The position numbers and the translations under genes were made by a program. DNA of 64,000 nucleotides, taken from contig JABMNZ010000003.1 in NCBI GenBank assembly GCA_013204395.1, forward strand, positions 13,570 through 77,569. The letters are read 5' to 3'. Source of the stretch: Parcubacteria group bacterium. GTDB taxonomy: Bacteria; Patescibacteriota; Patescibacteriia; UBA9934; GWF2-40-263. Positions 1 through 9,622 of this stretch are shown here, in pieces. Each line of letters opens with the position of its first letter. Position 1 is the first letter of the stretch. The notes under the pieces were generated by a model. The model was not told the origin of the DNA. It saw nothing but the letters and a program-made list of their open reading frames with translations, and made no database searches.

Positions 1-724
1 CGAACGGATCCCCTACTCCACGACGCGACTTAAAAAGTTCGAACCCCTTGATAAGAGTAGTGATGTTCTTTTTTGCCTCAAGACGTCCTACGGTTAAAAA
101 AAAGTTTGCTCCCAGGCGGTAATGCTGAAGCGTTGCTCGAGCATCGGTCTGTTCCATTTTTATCGAAGGAGCCAAAGGCGTCACAACAACATGTTCTTTC
201 GATGTCCTATAAATCTGCAGAAGATCATCTGCTGTGGCTTGAGAAGGAACAATAACTTTCAGTGAATGCTTTAGAGCGTGACGAGTCACACTTTTTAATC
301 GTTTACGAACCTTTGGATCATAAAGATCTGGTCGACGAGCAAATGCCACATCATGAATAGTGGTCACAACCTTCACTTGTTTTGACACTCTTGGAATTGC
401 TTGCGCTGGCACAAACAGCACGGATGGTTTTTTCCTCATCACCTCCCACCTCACTCTCCCTGCCATCCAACCACGAGAAAACGGCCAGTTCAAAACAGAA
501 CTTGACCAACCTTCTGGTAACTCTCCGAGTGTCTCATCAAGAGGGGTGGGTGAATACAAAACCACCCGCTCTCCCTCAATGAGTGGGTGGCTCTTCATGG
601 CCTGAATCAAATCGCGTGCGTAATTCTCTACTCCCGTGCGTCTTTGCTTGTTCGCAGAGCTCGCGTCAATCGCATACATCACTAGACCTTTTGTGTTTGA
701 AAGAAGATTCAATTCAGCATCCAT
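1..724 (-). CDS. GT4 (glycosyltransferase family 1) glycosyltransferase, runs off the window start
   Basis: Not in the ORF track. Manual minus-strand translation from ATG 724 gives ...AIDASSANKQRRTGVENYA...VVTTIHDVAF...VIVPSQATADDL...FFLTVGRLEAKKNI, typical GT4 motifs; open to position 1. Confidence 0.9.
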   Translation of the reverse strand, partial: MDAELNLLSNTKGLVMYAIDASSANKQRRTGVENYARDLIQAMKSHPLIEGERVVLYSPTPLDETLGELPEGWSSSVLNWPFSRGWMAGRVRWEVMRKKPSVLFVPAQAIPRVSKQVKVVTTIHDVAFARRPDLYDPKVRKRLKSVTRHALKHSLKVIVPSQATADDLLQIYRTSKEHVVVTPLAPSIKMEQTDARATLQHYRLGANFFLTVGRLEAKKNITTLIKGFELFKSRRGVGDPF

Positions 725-726
725 AG

Positions 727-1731
727 CTACGCGGTAAAAATAGATCTCTTGTAAGCCTCAAGGTTCTCAAGGGCGATCCCCGTCCCCTTTGCCACACACT
801 GCTGGGGATCTTCTGCCAAGAAGGTTGGAACACCTGTAGCCTCTGCAATAAGTGTATCAAGGTTCCGAAGCTGAGACGAGCCTCCTGAAAGTACAATCCC
901 CTTATCCATCACGTCAGCACTCAATTCCGGAGGAGTTTTATGAAGCACTTCTTTTACGGTGTTGATAATGCCCTCTAGCTCATCTTGAATCGCCGCGGTG
1001 ACATCATCAGAAGTTACTTCAATAAGTTTTGGTAATCCCGTAACCATGTCCCTACCCTTCACCTCCATGGTGAGTTTGTCTGGAAGATACATCGCTGCCC
1101 CGATCTCAATTTTAATATTTTCAGACGTTCTCTCTCCAATCGCCAAACTGTATTTACGTCGAATGTAATCACTAATGGAAGCATCAAACTTCACCCCACC
1201 AATACGGACGGACTCAGAGGCCACAATTCCACCAAGGGAAATGACGGCCATCTCTGATGTTCCTCCCCCGATATCAATGATCATGTGCCCTGACGGAGAT
1301 CCAATCGGGATGTTCGCGCCAATAGCCGCCACAATAGGCTCCTTAATGATATAAGCCGCCTTAGCCCCAGCGGCAAGCGTCGCATCGATCACCGCACGTC
1401 TTTCTGTAGATGTGATTCCCCCAGGCACGGCAACCATAACTTCAGGACGGAACAATCGCACACCCCCAAGAGCCTTGTTAATAAAATAACGAAGCATCGC
1501 TTCGGTTGTCCGATAATCCGCGATCACTCCGTCTTTCAATGGTCGTCTTGCCACAATAGTATCTGGCGTACGACCAAGCATGTCCTTTGCTTCTTTACCC
1601 ACAGCCAACACCTTCTTGTCTGTATAGCTCACTGCCACCACAGATGGCTCATGAATAATAATACCTCGCTTAGGGACATAAACGAGGACAGTGGTTGTAC
1701 CCAAATCAATTCCGATCTTTTTCTGAAACAT
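727..1731 (-). CDS. mreB: Rod shape-determining protein MreB/Mbl
   Basis: IGIDLGT, RPLKDGVIAD, IDIGGGTSE and LSGGSSQL actin-like ATPase motifs. Confidence 0.95.
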   Translation of the reverse strand: MFQKKIGIDLGTTTVLVYVPKRGIIIHEPSVVAVSYTDKKVLAVGKEAKDMLGRTPDTIVARRPLKDGVIADYRTTEAMLRYFINKALGGVRLFRPEVMVAVPGGITSTERRAVIDATLAAGAKAAYIIKEPIVAAIGANIPIGSPSGHMIIDIGGGTSEMAVISLGGIVASESVRIGGVKFDASISDYIRRKYSLAIGERTSENIKIEIGAAMYLPDKLTMEVKGRDMVTGLPKLIEVTSDDVTAAIQDELEGIINTVKEVLHKTPPELSADVMDKGIVLSGGSSQLRNLDTLIAEATGVPTFLAEDPQQCVAKGTGIALENLEAYKRSIFTA

Positions 1732-1733
1732 AT

Positions 1734-3707
1734 CTAAAGTTCAACGCGTACCTCCAAGTCTTGATCTAAAATGGTGTTCAACCTATACAGGTCATCTCCC
1801 CACTCACTTCCAGCCTCAGCAGGATCTGCGTGCGTCACATTCTTATCAAAATCGAAGTCCAAAGTCAACGCGTGAGCTGCCGTTCCGCTTTGTTTTATAA
1901 CATCCAGTTCATAGTCACCTCTAGCAATAGAGCTAGTAACCTCACCTGCGAGTCTAAAACTGAACGTGAGAGTTTTTTGTTGTCCTGGTTCTATTGAAAT
2001 GAACCCTCCAAAGGACGTTAAACCAAGATCGCTGAGTGTTTGTGTTTCAACACTTCCCTCAATCAACTCAGAACCCTTTGGAACATAGACTCTTGTGTAG
2101 GTTCGGTATCGAGTGGTCTTAAAATCGAAGATTCCCGTGTGATCATACGTCACAGACACGGTTCCCATAAAACGACCGCGATCATCTTTATTGATGGTGT
2201 ACTTGATGGTTCTATTTACCGCTGGGTCTGACTTCAAACTTGCTAGGTTGGCGTCTACCACCATGAGGGTATCAACGTCTCCAGGTGTTACAGATCCTCC
2301 CCAACCAGATCGCTCAATAACTTCTTGAACTTGATCGTCTGTTGAGAACAAAAGAATCTGCTTGCTAACAAGCGCACTACGAACATCTATGAAAACCTGT
2401 TCCCACTCATCAAAGGAAAGTTGGTAAAGCCGAGACTTCATTTCATCTACCAAGTCGCCTAATATTTCTTTTCTTTGTGACACTGGAATCCCCTGAGACT
2501 TAAAACCGAACTGTACCTGGTATTCAATGGCATCAGGAATATTCTCAGCAGTAAATACCTGTCCTCCAATTTCAATCCCCCCGGTTATTTCTAGAAGCTT
2601 GGATGCAAATGTTGGAGTCAAAGCAATTACATTATCTATGTGATCTGTAGTCGGAACCTTAGATTCCGTACCAATATAACCAGCTTCTTGTAAGAAAAGC
2701 TCAATGCCTTTAGCTGTAGACGTTGGAAAATCTGGCGACCAGTTGCTATCTCGGAAAAACCACTGAGTTGCTGCATTGTATTCTTTCAACGGTGAAGGTG
2801 GCTCAGTAGTAACGTGACTGGCAGCAGAATTGTCCAGAGCATACACGTCAGCAGTCTCAAGATGAGATATGTCTCCACCGAATGTTTCGAGTATTCCGTA
2901 AGAGCCAATAAAGCCCCCACCAGGACGCATCTCACTATTGTTTAAAAACAGCAAAAGGTTTGTTGATGGTTCCTTCAAGCCGGCATAGGCAGGAAGCAGA
3001 CGTGCAGCGATCGAAAGTAAATTCAATTGATTTTCAAGCAGAGCGAGCTGCACCGCTACAGGATCAAGTAGGGTTAGCATCGGACCGACCCGAACATCTC
3101 CGGACAACAATTTAATCTCTTGCTGAGCGATGTGCACCTGTGCCGTGAGCAGATCAATTTCATCTGCCGAAGCCGCTAGCCTTGAGAGAACGGCGCGCTT
3201 GGTTTCTGTTGAAAGATCATCAAAAGTTATGTCGGCAGAAAATCCATCTTGTATCTCGTCAAGATAGTCTTGAGAAACTCCAGCCAGTTGCATCATGTCC
3301 TCACCAAGATCGAACAGTGGATCTAGAGCAGAGGCAATACTCGAACTGGCACGAATTAAATCTGATACAGACGTCACATATCTGCCAATGGCTGGCACCC
3401 AAGAAATAGATGACAGGATCGGCAAGCGTCCCTCAGCAACACTCAAGTCCTCCTGAGCTCCCGCAAGAATCTCTCGCGCGCGCTCAAAAGAGAGTGACTG
3501 CGCCTCAACCTTGGCCTCAAGTAGTTGATCGCGCGCATCTGACACATGGGCATACACCTGACCAGCGACAACAACCAGAGTAATCGACCACGCTACAACA
3601 AGAATAATGCTGGATACCAAAAGTGTTCGCACAAGACGTCTGCGTCGATATCGTTTGTTCTCTATCTCAGGCTCAACCTGATGTAAAAAGTTTGCGCTGT
3701 GACTCAT
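1734..3707 (-). CDS. DUF4012-domain membrane-anchored protein
   Basis: N-terminal TM helix; NNSEMRPGGGFIGSYG and RDSNWSPDFP motifs typical of DUF4012. Confidence 0.8.
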   Translation of the reverse strand: MSHSANFLHQVEPEIENKRYRRRRLVRTLLVSSIILVVAWSITLVVVAGQVYAHVSDARDQLLEAKVEAQSLSFERAREILAGAQEDLSVAEGRLPILSSISWVPAIGRYVTSVSDLIRASSSIASALDPLFDLGEDMMQLAGVSQDYLDEIQDGFSADITFDDLSTETKRAVLSRLAASADEIDLLTAQVHIAQQEIKLLSGDVRVGPMLTLLDPVAVQLALLENQLNLLSIAARLLPAYAGLKEPSTNLLLFLNNSEMRPGGGFIGSYGILETFGGDISHLETADVYALDNSAASHVTTEPPSPLKEYNAATQWFFRDSNWSPDFPTSTAKGIELFLQEAGYIGTESKVPTTDHIDNVIALTPTFASKLLEITGGIEIGGQVFTAENIPDAIEYQVQFGFKSQGIPVSQRKEILGDLVDEMKSRLYQLSFDEWEQVFIDVRSALVSKQILLFSTDDQVQEVIERSGWGGSVTPGDVDTLMVVDANLASLKSDPAVNRTIKYTINKDDRGRFMGTVSVTYDHTGIFDFKTTRYRTYTRVYVPKGSELIEGSVETQTLSDLGLTSFGGFISIEPGQQKTLTFSFRLAGEVTSSIARGDYELDVIKQSGTAAHALTLDFDFDKNVTHADPAEAGSEWGDDLYRLNTILDQDLEVRVEL

Positions 3708-4501
3708 GTTTGATCCTTATACTTTTTATAGTAGTATAGCGCACTTTTTATCTGAATACGTGTAAGAGGATTCAACACCTGTTTGAAAAATCCCCCCTCA
3801 GCTGTTTCACGTCTATGATAATGAATGAGTTCCACTTGAGGGTGATAGACAACTCGCCAATCATTGAGCCAAAAACGTCGGCACCAATCTTGATCTTCAA
3901 AATAAACAAAAAAGTTTGGATCGAATCCCCCAACGTCTTCATAAGCCTTTCTCCGAACAAACATAGCTGCTCCGAGAATATAATCAACATTCTGAGTCCG
4001 AGTAAGATCCTCTCCTTTCAACATGTAGGCATCAACAGCTGTCTGAGCAAATTCAAATCGACGCAACATTGGCAGGCGTCTGTAAAATATCACCTCTGGA
4101 GCCATAAACTTATATGCACTGAATTGCCGTGAGCCGTCAGGGTTCGAAAGTCGTGGACCCACCATGCCAACGTCTGGGTGTGTCTCCATGAATCCGATGA
4201 GTTGTTCAAGTGAGCCTTCTGTCAAAATCATGTCCGGATTGAAAACAAATAAAAAACGCCCTGAAGCGTGTTCCATTGCCAAATTCATACCGCGGCCAAA
4301 ACCGATATTTTCTTCCGTTGTTAAAACAATAACATCCTGGAACTCATCAAGCACCTTATCGGCCACTCGCATTTGAGGGTTATTATCGACCACAATGATT
4401 TCAATCGAACAACTAGGATTAGCTCGATAAATACCCTTAAGCGTCTGCCTGAGCAAACCAGGGGTGTTGTAGTGCACGATAAGTACAGAAACATCTATCA
4501 T
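3704..4501 (-). CDS. GT2 glycosyltransferase (rhamnosyltransferase-like)
   Basis: VSVLIVHYN, VVDN, NIGFGRGMN, NPD, FVYFEDQDWC; start trimmed to ATG 4501. Confidence 0.9.
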   Translation of the reverse strand: MIDVSVLIVHYNTPGLLRQTLKGIYRANPSCSIEIIVVDNNPQMRVADKVLDEFQDVIVLTTEENIGFGRGMNLAMEHASGRFLFVFNPDMILTEGSLEQLIGFMETHPDVGMVGPRLSNPDGSRQFSAYKFMAPEVIFYRRLPMLRRFEFAQTAVDAYMLKGEDLTRTQNVDYILGAAMFVRRKAYEDVGGFDPNFFVYFEDQDWCRRFWLNDWRVVYHPQVELIHYHRRETAEGGFFKQVLNPLTRIQIKSALYYYKKYKDQT

Positions 4502-5541
4502 ACAAACCATTTCCGTATCTCTCGAGCTCGAACACGACTCCCATTAAGAACTGCACGGCGTTTAGCCCACATAGATGGCAAAAACTTCATCGCATCAAAC
4601 ATTGCCCTGATTCCTTTTTCAAAAAGAATGACATACACCAAGCGAGAGAGCTCATAAGTAAAGATCCATGGAAGAGCCAAAAGCATGCTTGAAATCCTTA
4701 GGTTTTTTACAAGCATCAACCAATGGTTACGTGTGGAGTAATAATTCCGAAGAGATGACTTAGCTCGCCTGTTGGTTATACGTTGCCACAACCCCATCTT
4801 CTCTGGTCCATACATTCCACGGTAGTGATAAGCAACAGCACCTGGAATATAGAGCGATCCCCACCCAGCCTGTTGCAATCGCCATGCCATATCCACATCT
4901 TCCTTGTAAGCAAAAAAATCTTGATCAAAAAACTCATCTCCATAGCGTGTATCTTCCAACGCACTACCTCGATAGAGACATAACGCTCCACTGATACCGA
5001 ACACAAGCTCCATCTCATCAAATTGCCCGCGATCCATTTCGCCAGCCCCACGATCTGTCACCGTTCGATTCTTATGAGGATTCAATCCAACTGAATCAAA
5101 TCGATCTGAACGAATTGTCTCGCGCATCACCTCGTCAGCAAGATTTTCTCCAAATGCTCTCAGAAGCTTTCCGCCAAAGCTTCCCACTTCCGGATAATCC
5201 CTTGGGACCGCCATCAGCCTTTCTAAATAATCGTCGGAGAAAATAATATCTGGGTTTGTGACCAGGATAAACTTCTCTTGATCAGGACTTGCGTGATCCA
5301 AGGCGTAGCGGATCCCTTGGTTGTGAGCCACGGAGAAGCCGAGATTTCTTGGATTTCGGATAACCATGACTTCTGGATACTCATCACGAAGAAAAACACC
5401 CACTCCATCGGAGGAAGCATTATCAATTACAAGCACATTGAAATCCCGGAAGGTCTGGCCCATAATGGATTTCAGAAGGTCAGGAAGGAACTCCATAGAG
5501 TTCCAAACCACTATATGTATGCTAACAGAAGGATCTGACAT
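4498..5541 (-). CDS. GT2 glycosyltransferase
   Basis: VIDNASSD, NLGFSVAHN, NPD, YKEDVDMAWR; start trimmed to ATG 5541. Confidence 0.9.
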   Translation of the reverse strand: MSDPSVSIHIVVWNSMEFLPDLLKSIMGQTFRDFNVLVIDNASSDGVGVFLRDEYPEVMVIRNPRNLGFSVAHNQGIRYALDHASPDQEKFILVTNPDIIFSDDYLERLMAVPRDYPEVGSFGGKLLRAFGENLADEVMRETIRSDRFDSVGLNPHKNRTVTDRGAGEMDRGQFDEMELVFGISGALCLYRGSALEDTRYGDEFFDQDFFAYKEDVDMAWRLQQAGWGSLYIPGAVAYHYRGMYGPEKMGLWQRITNRRAKSSLRNYYSTRNHWLMLVKNLRISSMLLALPWIFTYELSRLVYVILFEKGIRAMFDAMKFLPSMWAKRRAVLNGSRVRAREIRKWFV

Positions 5542-5550
5542 AACAGGCCT

Positions 5551-6297
5551 ATGATAGAGAATAGCCAAGAACAAGACAACCATTTAACCAAACAGCGGCC
5601 AAAAGTTGGCATTGGTGTACTTGTTGTAAAAGACGGAAAAGTTTTGCTTGGCAAACGAAAGGCTTTAAACGGCGCTGGCACATGGAGTCCTCCTGGTGGG
5701 CACTTAGAGTTTGGTGAGTCATGGGAAATGTGTGCGGCAAGAGAAACGCTTGAGGAAGCTGGAATATCAATCAAGAACTTAAAGTTTTTTACGTCGACCA
5801 ATGATATAAGACTTGATAAGGGCACTCACTACACCACGATTTGGATCTTGGCAGAGTACGCAGCAGGAGAAGTGTGTAATCGGGAACCAGAAAAATGCGA
5901 AGGCTGGGATTGGTTTGTGTGGGAGCAAATGCCTCGACCATTGTTTCAACCAACCGAAACTATTGTCCGACAAGGCTATCACCCTCTCTCTGTCTGTCAC
6001 GATAAGTTAGTTCGCGACAAACTCCCAGAAATAATCGAATCTCATGGAGACGTGGCTATTACCCATGTGGCTGACACTGGTGAGTATCGAGACCGACTTC
6101 GGGCAAAACTGATAGAGGAAGTTAGGGAATATATTGAATCCGGAGAAACTGAGGAGCTCGCTGACATCATTGAGGTCATCCACTCACTCACGGCCCTAGA
6201 CGGAACACACCGAGAACAGCTCCAACTCATACAAACAAAAAAACACGACGAGCGCGGAGGTTTTGAAAAGAGAATAGTTTTAGATCAGACGAGATGA
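5551..6297 (+). CDS. NUDIX hydrolase fused to a MazG-like/all-alpha NTP pyrophosphohydrolase domain
   Basis: NUDIX box GGHLEFGESWEMCAARETLEEAG plus EPEKCEGWDW; C-terminal KLVRDKLPEII...KLIEEVRE...EELADIIEV...RGGF. Confidence 0.8.
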   Translation: MIENSQEQDNHLTKQRPKVGIGVLVVKDGKVLLGKRKALNGAGTWSPPGGHLEFGESWEMCAARETLEEAGISIKNLKFFTSTNDIRLDKGTHYTTIWILAEYAAGEVCNREPEKCEGWDWFVWEQMPRPLFQPTETIVRQGYHPLSVCHDKLVRDKLPEIIESHGDVAITHVADTGEYRDRLRAKLIEEVREYIESGETEELADIIEVIHSLTALDGTHREQLQLIQTKKHDERGGFEKRIVLDQTR

Positions 6298-7782
6298 TCA
6301 CCTCACTTTCTTGGTCACATCAAACCCTAGGTATTTGCCCATCATAAGTCTTGTCTGGGCATCGATAGCTGGAAATGAACCGAAGACAATAAACGTAATA
6401 GGAAGCAGGGCCCATTGGAAAAGCATCACCACCCAGGTGTGCTTTTTTATTTTCTCTGGACGCCTCGGCAAAAGTGTAAGTGAAACAAGCGCTGAGACAA
6501 GAATACCGATCATGGCAAGTTGCATGAGGGACTGTAGAGTAAAAGGCGCCGCCTGAATCAAAGCCTCACCACGCCCTACTGCAACCCACAATGGCAACCA
6601 CCCAAGAACAAACATAATGATCGGGGCTGTGGCCCATGTCCACATGCCCTCAATGTGATTGAATACGTATTTTATCTTCTTTGCTCGTGGAATATTTGGA
6701 TGGCGCCTAAACCCATCGATGATGTATGGCAGGTGTTCAACTCCCCATGCCCATCGTCGCATTTGCTTGTAGAGCGCGCCGAGAGATTCCTTATAGGTCT
6801 TACCAGACACAGCGTCCATAGATACTGGTAAGAACATCGGGATCACCCTGTAATCACCTTCATAATGCAAAAAGGCTTGCATGAAAATTCGCGAATCCTC
6901 ACTCACAATATCTTTCTGCCAAAACCCAACATCCTTCAGCATCTTCCACGGCATCGAATGTGATGAGAATGTCCAAAGTCTGTCAGGACGCGTCAGCTCC
7001 CCAAATAACCAAAAGGTTGTTCCAAAGGCACCTATGCGCACTGGTGCAGATGATGTCCAAATATTATTTGAGAACAATGCGATCGGTTGAAAGGAGCTGC
7101 GAGTTGGATTCTCCACAGTAGAATAGAGATATGTCAGGTAAGAGAAATATTGCTTGTGTGCGATCGTGTCGACGTCAAAAGCAGAAACCACCAGATCTTC
7201 ATCATTAAGATCTGGAAATTCTTTTGTTATCATCTCTTCTGTACGGGACCCCATCCAATTCAAGTTAGACCCCTTTCCAGGTATCTCTCCTTCAATATCT
7301 TTTGGGTGCACCGTTGTAAATAAACGAAGAAACTCAATGCCAAATTCTTTTTGTGCTCTTATCACATGTCTACCAAAAGCCTGTTCATCACCCTGTTCTC
7401 CTCCCAAAACAACAATCATCTTTCTGCTTGGGAAAGGACTTTCACGCAGACTTCGAAGTGTTCCGCGGATGATGTCGTATCCCTCCTTGTACGTTGGCAG
7501 AAAAATTAAGTGATGAATCTTTTCTGCACCATCTAAGCCAGTGAGTTTAGCCTGCCAGTCTACGAGATCTGCTTTTTTATATCTTCGCCATGAAATTAAA
7601 ACAAAAATATTGAAATACAAAACTCGAAACAGCCACAAAAGATCGAAGACGATGATAAAAACTATCACCCATAGCGGCTTATAAAAAGAGAAAGATAATG
7701 CAAGTAGAAAAGTTCCCCAAACCGTTAGGCCGGGGAACATTTCCCAAAAACGCATTTTACCGTAAGTGTAAGGTTCCGACAT
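6298..7782 (-). CDS. Membrane-bound GT2-like glycosyltransferase
   Basis: PTYKE, GKGSN, DVD, SED and QMRRWAWG (QxxRW) motifs with N- and C-terminal TM helices. Confidence 0.85.
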   Translation of the reverse strand: MSEPYTYGKMRFWEMFPGLTVWGTFLLALSFSFYKPLWVIVFIIVFDLLWLFRVLYFNIFVLISWRRYKKADLVDWQAKLTGLDGAEKIHHLIFLPTYKEGYDIIRGTLRSLRESPFPSRKMIVVLGGEQGDEQAFGRHVIRAQKEFGIEFLRLFTTVHPKDIEGEIPGKGSNLNWMGSRTEEMITKEFPDLNDEDLVVSAFDVDTIAHKQYFSYLTYLYSTVENPTRSSFQPIALFSNNIWTSSAPVRIGAFGTTFWLFGELTRPDRLWTFSSHSMPWKMLKDVGFWQKDIVSEDSRIFMQAFLHYEGDYRVIPMFLPVSMDAVSGKTYKESLGALYKQMRRWAWGVEHLPYIIDGFRRHPNIPRAKKIKYVFNHIEGMWTWATAPIIMFVLGWLPLWVAVGRGEALIQAAPFTLQSLMQLAMIGILVSALVSLTLLPRRPEKIKKHTWVVMLFQWALLPITFIVFGSFPAIDAQTRLMMGKYLGFDVTKKVR

Positions 7783-8462
7783 TATTTTTCTGAAGAGATG
7801 TCCTTTTGAAGACGATTCAAGAACTTATGAGCATGATCTTTTCCACCAAGGCCAAATGCTAGCCCACCTGAAAGTGAAAGCATGGCAACCAATCCTGTAA
7901 AGAGAACTCTGATCAATTCAGGTGCAATCTGTAGTTGAACTAATGCAGCCATTAAAGTGAACACTAAAATGGCCCACTTTGCCACTCCGGAAAGAAAATC
8001 AGCTGATTCAAGCTTTGCAGCTTCTACAGAAGTCTTAACGACGTTCTGAACAAAGTTTCCAAGCAAGATTCCAGCGAGCAGGATAATTACAGCAATGATT
8101 ACGTTAGGGATAAATGTGACCACCTGACTCAAATAGTCAGTAACTTGATCCCAACCTAAAATATCTGTTGCTGCGATGAGAGCAATGATGATGAAAAACC
8201 ACTTAACAATCCAACCAAGAAGACCTCCGATGTGTAGACGAAGTCCTGCTCGTTCAAACTGTGATGTTATCTCCAGCTTCTTTGCAAGATCATCTACACG
8301 TAAGAGTGCAACAACCTTTACAACGACTGTGCGTAAAATATGGGCGATAATGACGCCGACCAGAAAAACGAGGACCGCTCCCAATAAATTTGGAAGGTAT
8401 GCGATCAACGTATCCCATAGCTCTAGAAGTGGTCCCTGCAGTACATCTTGCGTAAGATACAT
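7782..8462 (-). CDS. Conserved TM-helix repeat membrane protein (MscS-associated TM_helix type)
   Basis: Repeated YLPNLLGA/FIPNVIIA TM units; GLAFGLGGKD. Confidence 0.75.
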   Translation of the reverse strand: MYLTQDVLQGPLLELWDTLIAYLPNLLGAVLVFLVGVIIAHILRTVVVKVVALLRVDDLAKKLEITSQFERAGLRLHIGGLLGWIVKWFFIIIALIAATDILGWDQVTDYLSQVVTFIPNVIIAVIILLAGILLGNFVQNVVKTSVEAAKLESADFLSGVAKWAILVFTLMAALVQLQIAPELIRVLFTGLVAMLSLSGGLAFGLGGKDHAHKFLNRLQKDISSEK

Positions 8463-8533
8463 AGCGTTAGATTAGTGAAAAATAATAATTATTACACTAA
8501 GAGTAGCATTTTCCATTTTTTGCATCCAACTCG

Positions 8534-8938
8534 TTATCCCCACGTTTTTTTTGAAAGAGTGATGTGTGGCTCCTTATTGTAATCTGGTAGGACAAAAGTC
8601 CCCTGAGGGGTTTTGCTAAGATCAAGACTACCAACAAGATCCTTAACGGAAATATTTTGAGGGTTTGTGATCCCCCATATGGGGATATCTTGAGTCATGG
8701 CAATACTGTTAGCAAGAGTTACACTCACCCGACTTGCGGTGAATGAACCTGGACCAGTAACAACAATTACCCCCTTTAGGGTATTAATTGGCATCTTCCA
8801 CTTATGAAGAGTCTCATCAATTGAAACCAAGTGCTTTTCTGGAGGAACAAAAAAGTCCTCGCTTTGAACCAGATCTCCTCCATCCAGCAAAGCGAGGGTT
8901 AAATTTGAAATATCTTGCGAAGCAATCACTAAGTACAT
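8534..8938 (-). CDS. tsaB: Short TsaB-like t6A modification protein
   Basis: VVTGPGSFTASRVSVTLAN motif; C-terminal P-x-Y-x3-P-x-IT. Confidence 0.75.
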   Translation of the reverse strand: MYLVIASQDISNLTLALLDGGDLVQSEDFFVPPEKHLVSIDETLHKWKMPINTLKGVIVVTGPGSFTASRVSVTLANSIAMTQDIPIWGITNPQNISVKDLVGSLDLSKTPQGTFVLPDYNKEPHITLSKKTWG

Positions 8939-8940
8939 AG

Positions 8941-9546
8941 TTAGACAGTTAAATTGTCTATCATCACAACTTTTTCCCCATTTAAGATGGAGAGTAAGAA
9001 TCGATCCGCCACCTGACGTCTGTCAAGAAACTCATCTTTTGGCATTAATGTGTAGTTTATCTCGTAAGGAATCTCTTCTTCAAACTGCGTAATCATCTTT
9101 TCAAGATCAGCCTGCTTCAGGCTTCCTACAATCAGAATATCTGTTTCAATATCAATGGCGTCAACAAAACGACCAGTAAACGCAAAGTAGTCAACAGTCC
9201 CCTTTTCCTGAATAACTTGGACAAAATTCTTCTTCAGTAAAATCTGCACCTTCTGAAAAAGAGAACGTAGATCATCAAAAAGGATAAACTCTGTGTTCAC
9301 CTGATAGTATTTCTTCTTTTCTGATAACCTGGTAGATTCCTTTGTTTTGCTCTTTTTTTCAGTAATTAAACCCAATTCAATAAGATTCGCGAGTTCTCGT
9401 CTCACGGAATTAAGCTGCGCATCGATCCTACGAGTAAGTTCCCGAACAAAAAAAGATTCATCCGGATGCTGAAGAAACAGTGCCATCAGGCGAGCACGAG
9501 TCTTCGAGCCAAACATCTGCTCAATTTTAAATGTATTTTTGATCAT
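8941..9546 (-). CDS. Winged-HTH protein with a degenerate nucleotidyltransferase-like C-terminal domain
   Basis: FGSKTRARL...FVRELTR...NSVRREL HTH; TGRF...DILIVG and EINY motifs; start trimmed to ATG 9546. Confidence 0.7.
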   Translation of the reverse strand: MIKNTFKIEQMFGSKTRARLMALFLQHPDESFFVRELTRRIDAQLNSVRRELANLIELGLITEKKSKTKESTRLSEKKKYYQVNTEFILFDDLRSLFQKVQILLKKNFVQVIQEKGTVDYFAFTGRFVDAIDIETDILIVGSLKQADLEKMITQFEEEIPYEINYTLMPKDEFLDRRQVADRFLLSILNGEKVVMIDNLTV

Positions 9547-9622
9547 ATGCCTATCGGTTGCACCTCCACCCTTTCCGGGTATAATGTACACAAATGGTAA
9601 ATGGAGGGCAAATGAATACCAC

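Noticed and set aside
73-605. Short + strand ORFs 73-255, 360-605 and 382-582
   Set aside because: Shadows of the minus-strand GT4 glycosyltransferase (724 to <1)
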